A stretch of DNA of 37,601 bases from Allosphingosinicella sp. (GCA_036386995.1 DASVUO010000306.1:1-37601); one strand, 5' to 3'. Counted from the first letter of the stretch, positions 27,338-36,255 are shown. Notes: generated by a model not told the origin, from the sequence alone. Program-made: numbers and translations.

Positions 27338-29456
27338 CAGCGGACGCTTGCTAAGGGCAGTATTGCTGGCTCTTGCCGCCTGTTTTCTATCTGCAACAGG
27401 TGCCGCTGCTCAGCCGGACAGTAACTGGGTCGAGGGTACCAAAAGCGTCGCGCCTACCATCGTATTGGCCCGGACGGGCGTCGCCCCCGGCGGATCACTC
27501 CAGTTGGCACTGCGCTTGGAACACGCACCTGGCTGGAACACCTTCTGGTACAATCCGGGCGGTGGCGAAGCGACGAAGATCAACTGGACCCTGCCTGAAG
27601 GCTGGAGCGCTGCTGACATCAAATGGCCGGCACCGGAACCGGTACTTGGCAAGGATGGTGCACTCTTCGGCCATGGCTACAGCGGCACCCTCTATCTTCC
27701 TGTGGAAATAAAGGCGCCCGCCAATATCGGGATTGGCGACCGGGTCAGGCTGCAGGCAAGCGTGTCGTGGCTGGCCTGCCGAGCCGAAAATTGCGTCAAC
27801 GGTTCTGCGTCTCTGGAGCTCGACACTTCAGTGATTCACAGCCCGGCACCCATTCCGGCCGTGATCGCCGCGCTTGATCGTCAAGTGAAGCCCGAATGGC
27901 AAAAGCACTGGGTGTTATCCGCGACAAAGAGCGGCGAAGAAGTTATCTTCCGGCTGAAAACCGGTGAACCGGTTGTATCGCCCCATTTCTTTCCAGCCAC
28001 CGAGATGATCTGGTACAGTGCCGAACAGCGGTACGAGACCGCGGGTGGAGGCGAACTCGTCGGGCGGCTCCCCCTGGATCCCTTTTATTCCGGTGAATCA
28101 ACCGCTTTATCGGGCGTGCTCACGTTCACCGACGTAAGTGGTCGCCGCCGAGCAATTTCCGTTCGCGCACCTTTCTCACCTGTGACCGCCGCGAGTGATA
28201 AGGCCGCCGGCGGGGCGGCTGCCGGTGAAACACGCACGACGCCGCTTCTGAAGATCCTGGCGATGGCCTTTCTAGGCGGGCTGATCCTCAATTTAATGCC
28301 TTGTATCCTGCCGATCTTGTCGATGAAGGTGCTCTCGCTCGCTCAGTCCTCGCGTGCGGGCGCCACAGCTTTCCGCGCCGATGCGGTCGCATATACCCTC
28401 GGCGTCCTGACGAGCTTTCTGGCTGCGGGAGCCTTGATGCTGGTCTTGCGGGCGTCACTCGGGGAGCTGGGATGGGGCTTCCAGCTTCAGCAGCCGGCGT
28501 TCGTACTAGCCCTAGCGCTTTTGATGACGGCCGTCGGATTCAACTTGCTGGGCGTGCTTCAGGTCGGAGGATCGTTGCAGGGATTGGGAAACTCGCTCAC
28601 CGAGGGTAATTCACGGCGTGCATCTTTCTTCACCGGAGTGCTTGCGGTGGTCGTGGCTGCACCCTGCACCGCCCCATTCATGGCATCCGCCATGGGCGCG
28701 GCGCTCGTGCTTCCTCCGGCCGGCGCACTCGCTATATTCCTAATGCTGGGCCTCGGCCTTGCGTTCCCCTACCTGCTGTTAAGCTTTCTGCCGGTTACCC
28801 ATCGCATACTGCCCAAGCCGGGCAACTGGATGGTGACCTTCCGTCAGATCCTCGCTTTCCCGATGTTCGCGACTGCGATTTGGCTGCTGTGGGTGCTCGG
28901 CCAGCAACTAGGGGTCGGTGCAATGGCGCTGGGACTCATCGCCATTTTCACCTTGTCGCTCGGCACGTGGTCGTTGGGCAAGGGAAGAGTCGCCGGCCGC
29001 GCTTTCGCCGTTGTATGTTTCTTCCTAACGGTCGCCGTTGTTGCTCAAGCCGCACGTCTGCCCCCGCCGAATCCTCGAGGTAGCGACGCAACCGATCCTT
29101 CGCCGGAGGGGATACCTTATACCCCGGAGGCATTGGATGCTCTGCTGGCGAGCGGGACGCCGGCCTTCGTTTATTTCACCGCGGATTGGTGCATCACCTG
29201 CAAGGTGAATGAAGCAAACGCGATTCGGCGCCCCGAAACAGCGGCATTTTTCAAAGAAAATAATATCGCGGTGATGGTGGGAGATTGGACGCGTCAAGAC
29301 CCACACATCACAGCCATCCTAAAGTCTTATGGTCGTTCGGGAGTGCCCATGTATCTCTTCTATCCAGCTGGAGCAAAACGCATGGACGGCATTTTATTGC
29401 CCCAGATTCTCACCGTCGGAAATGTCCGCGCAGGTATCGAACCAAAGATCAGTTAG
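27321..29456 (+). CDS. dsbD: DsbD/ScsB-like transmembrane disulfide reductase
   Basis: Alpha domain (GWNTFWYNPG, WLACRAENC), membrane domain (LNLMPCILPILSMK, APCTAPFM, PKPGNWM), thioredoxin domain (FTADWCITCKVNE, SGVPMY). Confidence 0.9.
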   Translation: MSLQGSSGRLLRAVLLALAACFLSATGAAAQPDSNWVEGTKSVAPTIVLARTGVAPGGSLQLALRLEHAPGWNTFWYNPGGGEATKINWTLPEGWSAADIKWPAPEPVLGKDGALFGHGYSGTLYLPVEIKAPANIGIGDRVRLQASVSWLACRAENCVNGSASLELDTSVIHSPAPIPAVIAALDRQVKPEWQKHWVLSATKSGEEVIFRLKTGEPVVSPHFFPATEMIWYSAEQRYETAGGGELVGRLPLDPFYSGESTALSGVLTFTDVSGRRRAISVRAPFSPVTAASDKAAGGAAAGETRTTPLLKILAMAFLGGLILNLMPCILPILSMKVLSLAQSSRAGATAFRADAVAYTLGVLTSFLAAGALMLVLRASLGELGWGFQLQQPAFVLALALLMTAVGFNLLGVLQVGGSLQGLGNSLTEGNSRRASFFTGVLAVVVAAPCTAPFMASAMGAALVLPPAGALAIFLMLGLGLAFPYLLLSFLPVTHRILPKPGNWMVTFRQILAFPMFATAIWLLWVLGQQLGVGAMALGLIAIFTLSLGTWSLGKGRVAGRAFAVVCFFLTVAVVAQAARLPPPNPRGSDATDPSPEGIPYTPEALDALLASGTPAFVYFTADWCITCKVNEANAIRRPETAAFFKENNIAVMVGDWTRQDPHITAILKSYGRSGVPMYLFYPAGAKRMDGILLPQILTVGNVRAGIEPKIS

Positions 29457-29773
29457 CGGCATGAACGATCTAGCCGAGACGTTGGCGCGGCGACTGTAAC
29501 GGCTGGAGTTTCAAGGACGCGCTCGTCTCCTACCCCATTATTCGTTGCCGGATTCCGCATTCAGCTGCGGAAGGTCTGCTTTGGCGTGCGTCAGACGGGT
29601 GCCAGGGTCCGATTGTGGCGCGAAGCTGCCGTTGGGTTTTCCGTCCTCTGATCGGAAGCAGGCGTTGCGCTAGCCCTCATCTTGCAGAAAAAAATATAAG
29701 GAAAGTGGCCGAACCCAAACGTCCACAAAGGGTGCTCAGGTCCGGCCGATAGGTCCGTGCGTGGGCGGGAGGT

Positions 29774-30949
29774 TCAAAGCCGCGGTGTTGGTGGGTAGCC
29801 CTGCATTCTCTTCGTTCCGGCCTCCACGGCGGCCAGCAGCGTGTCGTGCGTGGAATGTGCGTAGCGAAGCGTTGACTTGTAGTCCTTATGCCCGAGCTGC
29901 CGGCCGATCGTCAGAAGGTCCACTCCTGACTGTGTTAGGAAGGTAGCACACGCATGACGTAAATCGTGCAGGCGTAGGCCCGGCAGTTTCGCCTCGTCCC
30001 GTACCGTCTGCCAGGCGTGCTTGATCGTCACGAAAGGTTTGCCGGTTTTCGGGTTTGGGAAGACGTAGGGGCACTTATCGAACCGCGGCGCGGCGTTGAG
30101 AATGGCCACCGCCGCCGTGGAGAGAGCGACCTTGCGCGGTGCGCCGTTCTTTCTGACCGGGATCAGCCATTGCTGCTTTTCCAGGTCGATGTGCTTCCAT
30201 TCCGCAAGCCGCAATTCCGACACGCGGGCACCAGTATATAGAAGCATGGGGATCAGATATTTGAGCTGCGGGTTGAGCGACGCCTCACATGCCCTCAGCA
30301 ACCGTTTGGCCTCCTCGGTCGTGAGATAGCGTTCCCGCGCATTGTTGATCGGCGGGCGAGGGATCCCCTTGACTGGGTTCCGGGTGACGCCCGGCATGTT
30401 CGACCGGATCGCCAACTCGAACGACCGATAGAACAGCACTCTGATCTTCTCTACTGTCGCAGGGGCAAGGCCTGATGCCCCCAGTTCTGCGAGCCACTTC
30501 GCCACGGCAGGCTGGTTGATTGCGTCGAGCCGCAGCTTCCCCCAACGCGGGAGCAGATGCAGTCTAATAATGCTCTCCGTGTTGGCCGGCGATTTTTGGT
30601 AGGTACGCGCATAGGCCTCATGCTCGCTGGCCAGAGCGGCGTACGTCACGACGGCCTTCTTCTCCGCCTTCGTCGCGACAGGATCACCGCCGTTGAGCAG
30701 CACGTTGGCGCGGTGCTCCTCGGCCGCCTTGCGAGCTTGGGCGATGGTAATTTCCCCGTGACCGCCGATCTTCAACGTCTTCTGTTCGCCGGCCGCGTTT
30801 TGGTATCGAAGGGTGAATGTGCGGCCTCCCGATGAGCGGCAGCTTAGGACGAAGCCCTTGAGGACAGTGTCCCAAAAATCGGTGCGCCGCTTGCCGGGTT
30901 CGCATTGGGCGGTGAGACAAAAAGCGTGGGTCAAATGAGCTTTTGGCAT
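29774..30949 (-). CDS. Tyrosine integrase with N-terminal arm-binding domain
   Basis: Catalytic set TGARVSE, RKNG, HDLRH, LGH, TLRYAH. ATG 30949 follows an AAGGA RBS. Confidence 0.93.
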   Translation of the reverse strand: MPKAHLTHAFCLTAQCEPGKRRTDFWDTVLKGFVLSCRSSGGRTFTLRYQNAAGEQKTLKIGGHGEITIAQARKAAEEHRANVLLNGGDPVATKAEKKAVVTYAALASEHEAYARTYQKSPANTESIIRLHLLPRWGKLRLDAINQPAVAKWLAELGASGLAPATVEKIRVLFYRSFELAIRSNMPGVTRNPVKGIPRPPINNARERYLTTEEAKRLLRACEASLNPQLKYLIPMLLYTGARVSELRLAEWKHIDLEKQQWLIPVRKNGAPRKVALSTAAVAILNAAPRFDKCPYVFPNPKTGKPFVTIKHAWQTVRDEAKLPGLRLHDLRHACATFLTQSGVDLLTIGRQLGHKDYKSTLRYAHSTHDTLLAAVEAGTKRMQGYPPTPRL

Positions 30950-31135
30950 GATGGTGTTTCCTTGTGAAAGTGAGTTGATGGGGCGCGCGAAATTGGCCCG
31001 CCCAGGCAGGCGAGGTGCGCGGCAGTGGTTGGGTAAGTGGCCGGTCGGATTGTGGCCTGGCGGGGCTCTGGGCGGCTCGCGTGGGCAGGTTTTCGGCGGC
31101 GGCCACCCGGCGCGTCTCGTGCCGCTTACTGAGTT

Positions 31136-31240
31136 CAGGTGGGGGGAGGGGGTAGCGAGCGCGAAGCATCGGACCGGTGGCAGGCGATGGAGCGATAGAG
31201 TGCCCGACGTGGCGTTTCTGCCGCCCCCCGCCCCCACCTG
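31136..31240. repeat. G/C-run inverted repeat between VapE and integrase
   Basis: CAGGTGGGGGGAGGGGG (31136-31152) versus CCCCCCGCCCCCACCTG (31224-31240); 15/17 complementary. Confidence 0.6.
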
Positions 31241-31246
31241 CGCCGG

Positions 31247-32512
31247 CTAGTAGACGTCGGTAAGATCGATTTTTGTGTAGGACTTCTCCTCCGTGCAGAG
31301 GGGGATCTTCCACTTCTCCCGGCCCTTGATCCGCTTCGGCGGCCCTAGGAGTTCACGGAGTATGGAGCCGCATTCCCGACATTGAGCGTTGGTAGGCCTC
31401 TGCAAGCCGAGGTGTTCGAGTAGCTCAATCGCGGTCATGCGCGGCTGGTTGGCATTATCCGCTCGCTCCACATCGAGCCGCTCAAGAACCTTCTCGCTTA
31501 TGACGCTCACGCTTTGGTGCCGGACGTTCCAGGCCGCGAGTTGAGCTTCCTCTGCGGGGGTCAGCCACCACTGCTCACCGTTCGCCAACTCCAAGGCCAG
31601 CTGAGCAAAGACCTGTTGCATGTCGAGCCCGTGTTCGAAGTTCAGCCGCTCGACGGGGATGGTCCACCAGCGGGTGTTGCCGGTCGGATCGATTAGGAAG
31701 TTGAACTCGTTGACGGTGGCAAAGAACACCCTCTGGCGGGGGTATTCGGCCTCAACGCGAGCGTACGGCGGCCGGAGCTTGTCGAAGTTGCTGGTCAAGA
31801 AGCCCTTCAAGCGGGCAATGTCCTTCTTGAAGGAGCTGTCCAGCTCGCCGATCTCAGTGATCCAGTGTCGAATGGCCCCCAAGATCGAGTCCTTGTTTGC
31901 TCCGTCAAGGTGGTGGTCGTCTTTGAACACCTCCGCTCGAAGCTCCAGGTCGGAGATGAGCGCCCTGCCCCAACTAGTCTTTCCGCAGCCTTGAGGCCCC
32001 TGCAGCGTCAGCACGCCCCGGGAAGCGAATGAGCCTCGGTGTATAGCCGCGGCTACGGCACTGAGGAGCCAGCGATGAAGAAGGGTTACCTTTCGGGGGG
32101 CCGGGTATTCCTCAGCTGCCTCGACTGTGGAGTAGAGCTCATCGAGCCGATCCTGCTCATCCCATGGGCGGGAGCGGATCCAGTCCTCGACGGGATTGAA
32201 GGAGTGGCTCTCAGCGATGTCATAGATGAACGGCTGGATAAGCCCGGTGTTCATGTTGTTAAGGGATGCAAGGCTCAGGACTCGCGTGAGGGAAACCGGT
32301 CGCCCCGCGGAGTCGGTGAGCTCAACGCGCTTTTTGATCACGTTGAACCGGCAGAGGATGCCGGCGCTCTCAATCAGGTGCTCCACATTTGGTACGGTTG
32401 TGGGGACCCCGGATCGGCCTGGGCTCGGGCAGTCGGGGAAGCTTGAAGGGGTGACGCGGACGTGCGCAACCCCAGACCGGCCGCAGAGGCCCGATCCTAA
32501 TTCGTTAGTCAT
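31247..32512 (-). CDS. VapE/VirE-family P-loop ATPase (replication helicase-like)
   Basis: FNPVEDWI..PWD..DRL, Walker A GPQGCGKT, Walker B EIGELD, LKGFLT, RPPY, FFATVN, DPTGNTRWW. Start set at ATG 32512. Confidence 0.88.
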   Translation of the reverse strand: MTNELGSGLCGRSGVAHVRVTPSSFPDCPSPGRSGVPTTVPNVEHLIESAGILCRFNVIKKRVELTDSAGRPVSLTRVLSLASLNNMNTGLIQPFIYDIAESHSFNPVEDWIRSRPWDEQDRLDELYSTVEAAEEYPAPRKVTLLHRWLLSAVAAAIHRGSFASRGVLTLQGPQGCGKTSWGRALISDLELRAEVFKDDHHLDGANKDSILGAIRHWITEIGELDSSFKKDIARLKGFLTSNFDKLRPPYARVEAEYPRQRVFFATVNEFNFLIDPTGNTRWWTIPVERLNFEHGLDMQQVFAQLALELANGEQWWLTPAEEAQLAAWNVRHQSVSVISEKVLERLDVERADNANQPRMTAIELLEHLGLQRPTNAQCRECGSILRELLGPPKRIKGREKWKIPLCTEEKSYTKIDLTDVY

Positions 32513-32579
32513 CGTGATGTTCTCGTTCTTAATGATGGGAGGTGGAGCGGACTCCTCGGTAAGTATCCGCTCCTGAGGG

Positions 32580-32897
32580 TCAGGCCGCTCTTTCAAGCTC
32601 CCGCGGCACGAGCAGGCTGTACCTGCCGTGGCCGAGGTCGCTCCAGAGGTGCCGCTCGGGGTCAGTGCCGCTGAGGCTTTCAAACAGCTGCGCGACCTTC
32701 GAGAGATTGAGGCCCGATATCGCGACTGCAGCTTCAACCGCTAAGCAGCCGCTGCTGTGTCCTTCTAGGGATGCAAGGGTGACCCCTACTGCGGCATCTA
32801 CAGGACCGAAAAAGCGATCTTCGACGTGCGGGAACTCCGCCAACGCGCTTCGCCCCAGGGGAAGAAGAACGTTCTTCGGGAATAAAATACTAATCAT
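32580..32897 (-). CDS. Small hypothetical protein
   Basis: 105-aa ORF with GGAG RBS, co-oriented with neighbours; no recognisable motif. Confidence 0.5.
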   Translation of the reverse strand: MISILFPKNVLLPLGRSALAEFPHVEDRFFGPVDAAVGVTLASLEGHSSGCLAVEAAVAISGLNLSKVAQLFESLSGTDPERHLWSDLGHGRYSLLVPRELERAA

Positions 32898-33031
32898 AAA
32901 TGTAAGCTCCGTTTCGTTATCCCTTTCAGGGTTGAGAACACGGGTTTGTTTTCCGCATATCTCTGCCGCCTTCCCAAGCGGTATTATGATACCTAAGCCC
33001 TAACAGTTGCTCCTTCTGGTGGCGGCTAGGG

Positions 33032-33067
33032 CCCCTCTGCGGCGGCCGTAAAGCTACCGCAGAGGGG
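33032..33067. repeat. Strong hairpin, 11-bp perfect arms
   Basis: CCCCTCTGCGG...CCGCAGAGGGG; no adjacent U-tract. Confidence 0.7.
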
Positions 33068-33086
33068 AAGGTACGTGGGGTTCGGA

Positions 33087-33407
33087 TCAGCCTGCTACGT
33101 TGCGGCCAGGGCGCCGTACTCGCTTCAGGATGAGCAGCGGATCAGGTTCGATGTTCCAGAGCAAAGTGCCCACGGCTCGGGCAGACATTCCGGCTTCTGA
33201 TGCCATTTCCGCAATTGCGTCGCGGGTCACCGCTTCCCCGTCGTGCTCGAAGGCAATGCCTCCGCCGACGTTCCGAACCACGATCCTGCTATGCCTGAAC
33301 AGATGGCGGAGATTTGTGATGGTCGTGGGTACCTCAGCATCCCACTTTGGGAAACAGCAGGCATGCATCATGTCGAACGCCACGTCCCCACCGTGCGCCA
33401 AGTTCAA
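33087..33407 (-). CDS. Small protein similar to the VapE N-terminal domain
   Basis: FP...VPTTITNLRHL...IVVR aligns with VapE FP...VPTTVPNVEHL...ILCR. Start uncertain. Confidence 0.6.
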   Translation of the reverse strand: MNLAHGGDVAFDMMHACCFPKWDAEVPTTITNLRHLFRHSRIVVRNVGGGIAFEHDGEAVTRDAIAEMASEAGMSARAVGTLLWNIEPDPLLILKRVRRPGRNVAG

Positions 33408-33764
33408 GACGTACCCATACCCTGTGTTCAGGTCAGAACATCGCTGACACCGCCCGTCGAAGGGCAGGCTTCAAGAGGGTTCGGCTGATCGGTTGAAGAG
33501 AGAATGGAAGCTTTCACTGACAAGTCCTTTATTTAGCCAATGCGCAAAGCAATGGCGGTTCGATTGGGCTTGTGTCTGGAGACTGGGCAGGGAACCGGTC
33601 GCTCCAAACGCAAGCCATGGATCCCAGAATCACCCGGGTGGAGAACGTTTGTGGTGCGACACAGTATGATGGCACTTGCTCGTGCCCATCTGCCGGTCAG
33701 GGCGGCGTCTTTATAGCGGGGCCGAGCGTTGTCAACGGACTTCCTTCTTGGAAGAGGCCGTCTA

Positions 33765-34073
33765 TCAATGACCGCTATGCTCCTCCTGATCGACCCTCCG
33801 CGGCGGCGGCAAGAGCGGCGGCTGGACCGGCGTAGACGGGGACTTCATCCAGGCGACGAACACCACGAAGGCGGCTAATCCTATCGTGGCGAACGGGTGC
33901 TTCGTCAGCACGGCGCCCAACAGCCCGAACGCCAAAAGGCCGAACATCTCCGCCGGCTTTGAGTAGGCGCCCCATACGATCAAGATGGCCAGCACCATGA
34001 TGAGCACCGTCAAGGCAAGCTTCAGAGCGGCCAAAGCGAGGCAGGCGATGATCAGGATCAGAGACCAGTGCAT
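33765..34073 (-). CDS. Small multi-TM membrane protein with Pro-rich tail
   Basis: Three to four hydrophobic segments; overlaps the 3' end of the upstream gene. Confidence 0.7.
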   Translation of the reverse strand: MHWSLILIIACLALAALKLALTVLIMVLAILIVWGAYSKPAEMFGLLAFGLLGAVLTKHPFATIGLAAFVVFVAWMKSPSTPVQPPLLPPPRRVDQEEHSGH

Positions 34074-34468
34074 GCTGCGTCTCCCGCATAGGTGCGGCAG
34101 AGCTTCAGCAGCTGCGGATCGACGCCTTCCGCATCATGGATGAACAAGACGAAAGCAAAGCCGCTGTTGCCGACGGTGACCGTCATCTCGAACCATCCGG
34201 CATGATCCTGCAGAAGGTCCCAGAACGGGCGGAAAGCGGGTGATCCGAAGGGTGCGCGATCGATAGGGTTGGCGAGGGGCGAGAAGCCGATCTCCGCGAC
34301 CAAGGCAGCCTCGGTGTCTCCAGCCTGGACCACGAGGAGGTGGGTCAGGTCGAGGACGCCGACAGCGGTCCAGTACGGCACGGCGTGAGACAGGATGCGA
34401 TGCAGCCGGGCGTCGGGCACGGCGTCGGGAGCAGCGGCAAGGGCCGCCGCGTCATAGAACGAGAGCAT
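34058..34468 (-). CDS. Hypothetical protein, paralog A
   Basis: AAAGGA RBS; full-length similarity to 36339-36734. Confidence 0.8.
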   Translation of the reverse strand: MLSFYDAAALAAAPDAVPDARLHRILSHAVPYWTAVGVLDLTHLLVVQAGDTEAALVAEIGFSPLANPIDRAPFGSPAFRPFWDLLQDHAGWFEMTVTVGNSGFAFVLFIHDAEGVDPQLLKLCRTYAGDAACTGL

Positions 34469-34488
34469 GGGTGATCCTTTCCAGGCAT

Positions 34489-34511
34489 AAAAAAAGGCGC
34501 CCGAAGGCGCC
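34489..34511 (-). terminator. Rho-independent terminator
   Basis: Minus strand GGCGCC-TTCG-GGCGCC-TTTTTTT. Confidence 0.8.
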
Positions 34512-34670
34512 GTGTTACCGCTCAGGCCGGCGGCTTAGCTTTGTTGAGTTTTCTGTGTTTTCGTATTGAGAGCCAGGGGTGGAGCCTACCTCGTGCTGCC
34601 CGGTGGGCTCACCTCTTGAACGGAGCGGAGACCCACGCCGACAGGCGACGAGGTCCCATTCTGGCAGGGC

Positions 34671-35650
34671 TTAGCTGGAGACTAATCTGCCTGCCCATTG
34701 CAGCGCCGCCCAAACTTGGGTGACCGCATGTACGCTACAGACGAGCAAGACGGACGAGGCGAGCGCCACCGGGACAAACGAGCCGAACAGACGCACCTGG
34801 AAATCTCCCCGGAACCGGCCAATGCCAGCTGCTCCAAGACGGACCAGTTGGACCTGCGGAAAGACGGCGGTGAAGGCCATGACCCAAAGAAAACGCGCGA
34901 ACGGCACCACGAACTGCGGCATCGCCATGGCAGCGCCATCGGCCTCGATTTCGTATCCGATGTCCCACACTGCAACTAAGTAGAGGAGATAGAGGGCAGC
35001 AAGCCCGCCCATCACCAGGGTGCTTAGCCGAGCGTTGGTTTTGTAGAGCAGGGGCGTCAGCGCCACCGTGATTAACGCCGCGTACCAAGCAGCGTGAATC
35101 TCCGAGCGCACTGCGTAGATGAGCATCGCAAGCGCCGCGATGGATTGTACGATCGCAAGATTGGTGCAGTAGCCCAGAGCCCAGACCGCGGGGGCGCCCC
35201 CAGCCGGTGCGGCTTGTGGTGGTTCCAGTGCCTCGTCTCGCTTGACGAGTGCTTTGTAGGTAAGGAGCGCTATGCCGTAACAGTGAGTGCCAATGCTCCC
35301 CGGCCCGAGCCCCAGCCTCCGTATGGATGACCCCAAGCCCAATATAAAGCCACGCTTAGTGTTAGTAATAAGATCCCGCTGATCAAGGGTAGATGTTGGG
35401 GAAGGGCAGGTCTGAAAGCTTGATTGAACGGTCGGGGGGCGACGCTGTACCCGCGCAGTGCGATCCACGTGTGGAGGCGGTCTAAGATCGTTTCACGCGG
35501 AATTACCGTCTCAGCGGCGTCAGGTTTGCTGAACCGACGACAGGAGGAGCAGAGCGCGGAACTACGATCCATCGAAACTGAACAGAAGGGACAGGCGCGA
35601 ACCTCTGCAGCGGAGGCTTTGACCGTCTCAACGTCCTTCTCGTCGCTCAT
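34671..35650 (-). pseudogene. Frameshifted zinc-ribbon + multi-TM membrane protein (ORFs 35270-35650 and 34671-35468)
   Basis: CPFC-x10-CSSC at the N-terminus. One extra T at about 35280 joins the two frames into a continuous TM helix (GALALTV|YGIALLTYK). Confidence 0.6.
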
Positions 35651-35925
35651 GCGTCTACACCAAGAGCGCTGCTTGGCTTGTGCCCAACCTGTGGCATGGT
35701 GCCGGCAGGCGGAAGCAATCCTGCCGCTTCCATACGAGACAGCACGTGGGCTACTGTCCCGATGATAACTCCCGCCAGCGTGAGCAGGCAGCCCAACGTA
35801 AACACCATCATCTGGCTTTGCATTAGGCCGATATTGTGAGTGCCTTCCGGCGCGGTGTCTGTCCCGAACGCAATCAAAAGAAGCAGAAGGCCGAGCCCTC
35901 CGATACCTATACCAATTCTCTTCAT
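35647..35925 (-). CDS. Small two-TM membrane protein
   Basis: MKRIGIGIGGLGLLLLLIAF...HNIGLM...FTLGCLLTLAGVIIG; GGGAGA RBS; ATGA overlap with the next gene. Confidence 0.7.
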   Translation of the reverse strand: MKRIGIGIGGLGLLLLLIAFGTDTAPEGTHNIGLMQSQMMVFTLGCLLTLAGVIIGTVAHVLSRMEAAGLLPPAGTMPQVGHKPSSALGVDA

Positions 35926-36065
35926 AGCTGTTCTCCCTGTTGAGGTTCTCTCGACTCGCCGAGCGTCGGCGAAGGTTGCGCAGCGAGGCTGCACGAGTGT
36001 GTCGAAAGGTCGTTGTGCTTGATCATCGCCCCACGTTCGGAAGCGGTGTTGGGCTTGGGCCCACT

Positions 36066-36255
36066 GCCGCTCCTAGTTTCCTGTCGGAGCGACGGCCGAA
36101 GCCGGATGTTGAGAACCCTGGCAAAGCACAGAGCGCATGCGCCTTTACCGTTGCCGGTTGGACATACGCGCATGCCACCCGGCCGCCGAGGACATCGGTG
36201 ACCGTGGTGCTTTGCTTTGGGTTCTCACGCCCCACCCCCTGGCTTTAACAGGAGG
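36066..36255 (+). ncRNA. Candidate structured RNA / leader (nested stems followed by AGGAGG)
   Basis: TGAGAACCC..GCAAAGCAC (36110-36129) pairs with GTGCTTTGC...GGGTTCTCA (36207-36227); inner stem GCATGCGC/GCGCATGC. Strand not certain. Confidence 0.45.

Noticed and set aside
30975-31160. Phage cos-like signal (CGCGCGAAATT and G-run)
   Set aside because: No terminase or HNH gene nearby and only a vague resemblance; kept only as an unexplained inverted repeat.
30950-31237. 96-aa N-terminal extension of the integrase
   Set aside because: Low-complexity Pro/Arg translation; a good RBS precedes ATG 30949.
32900-32945. Hammerhead- or boxB-like CCCTGAAAGGG...GAAAC on the minus strand
   Set aside because: The CUGANGA core and required stems are absent; too short to support.
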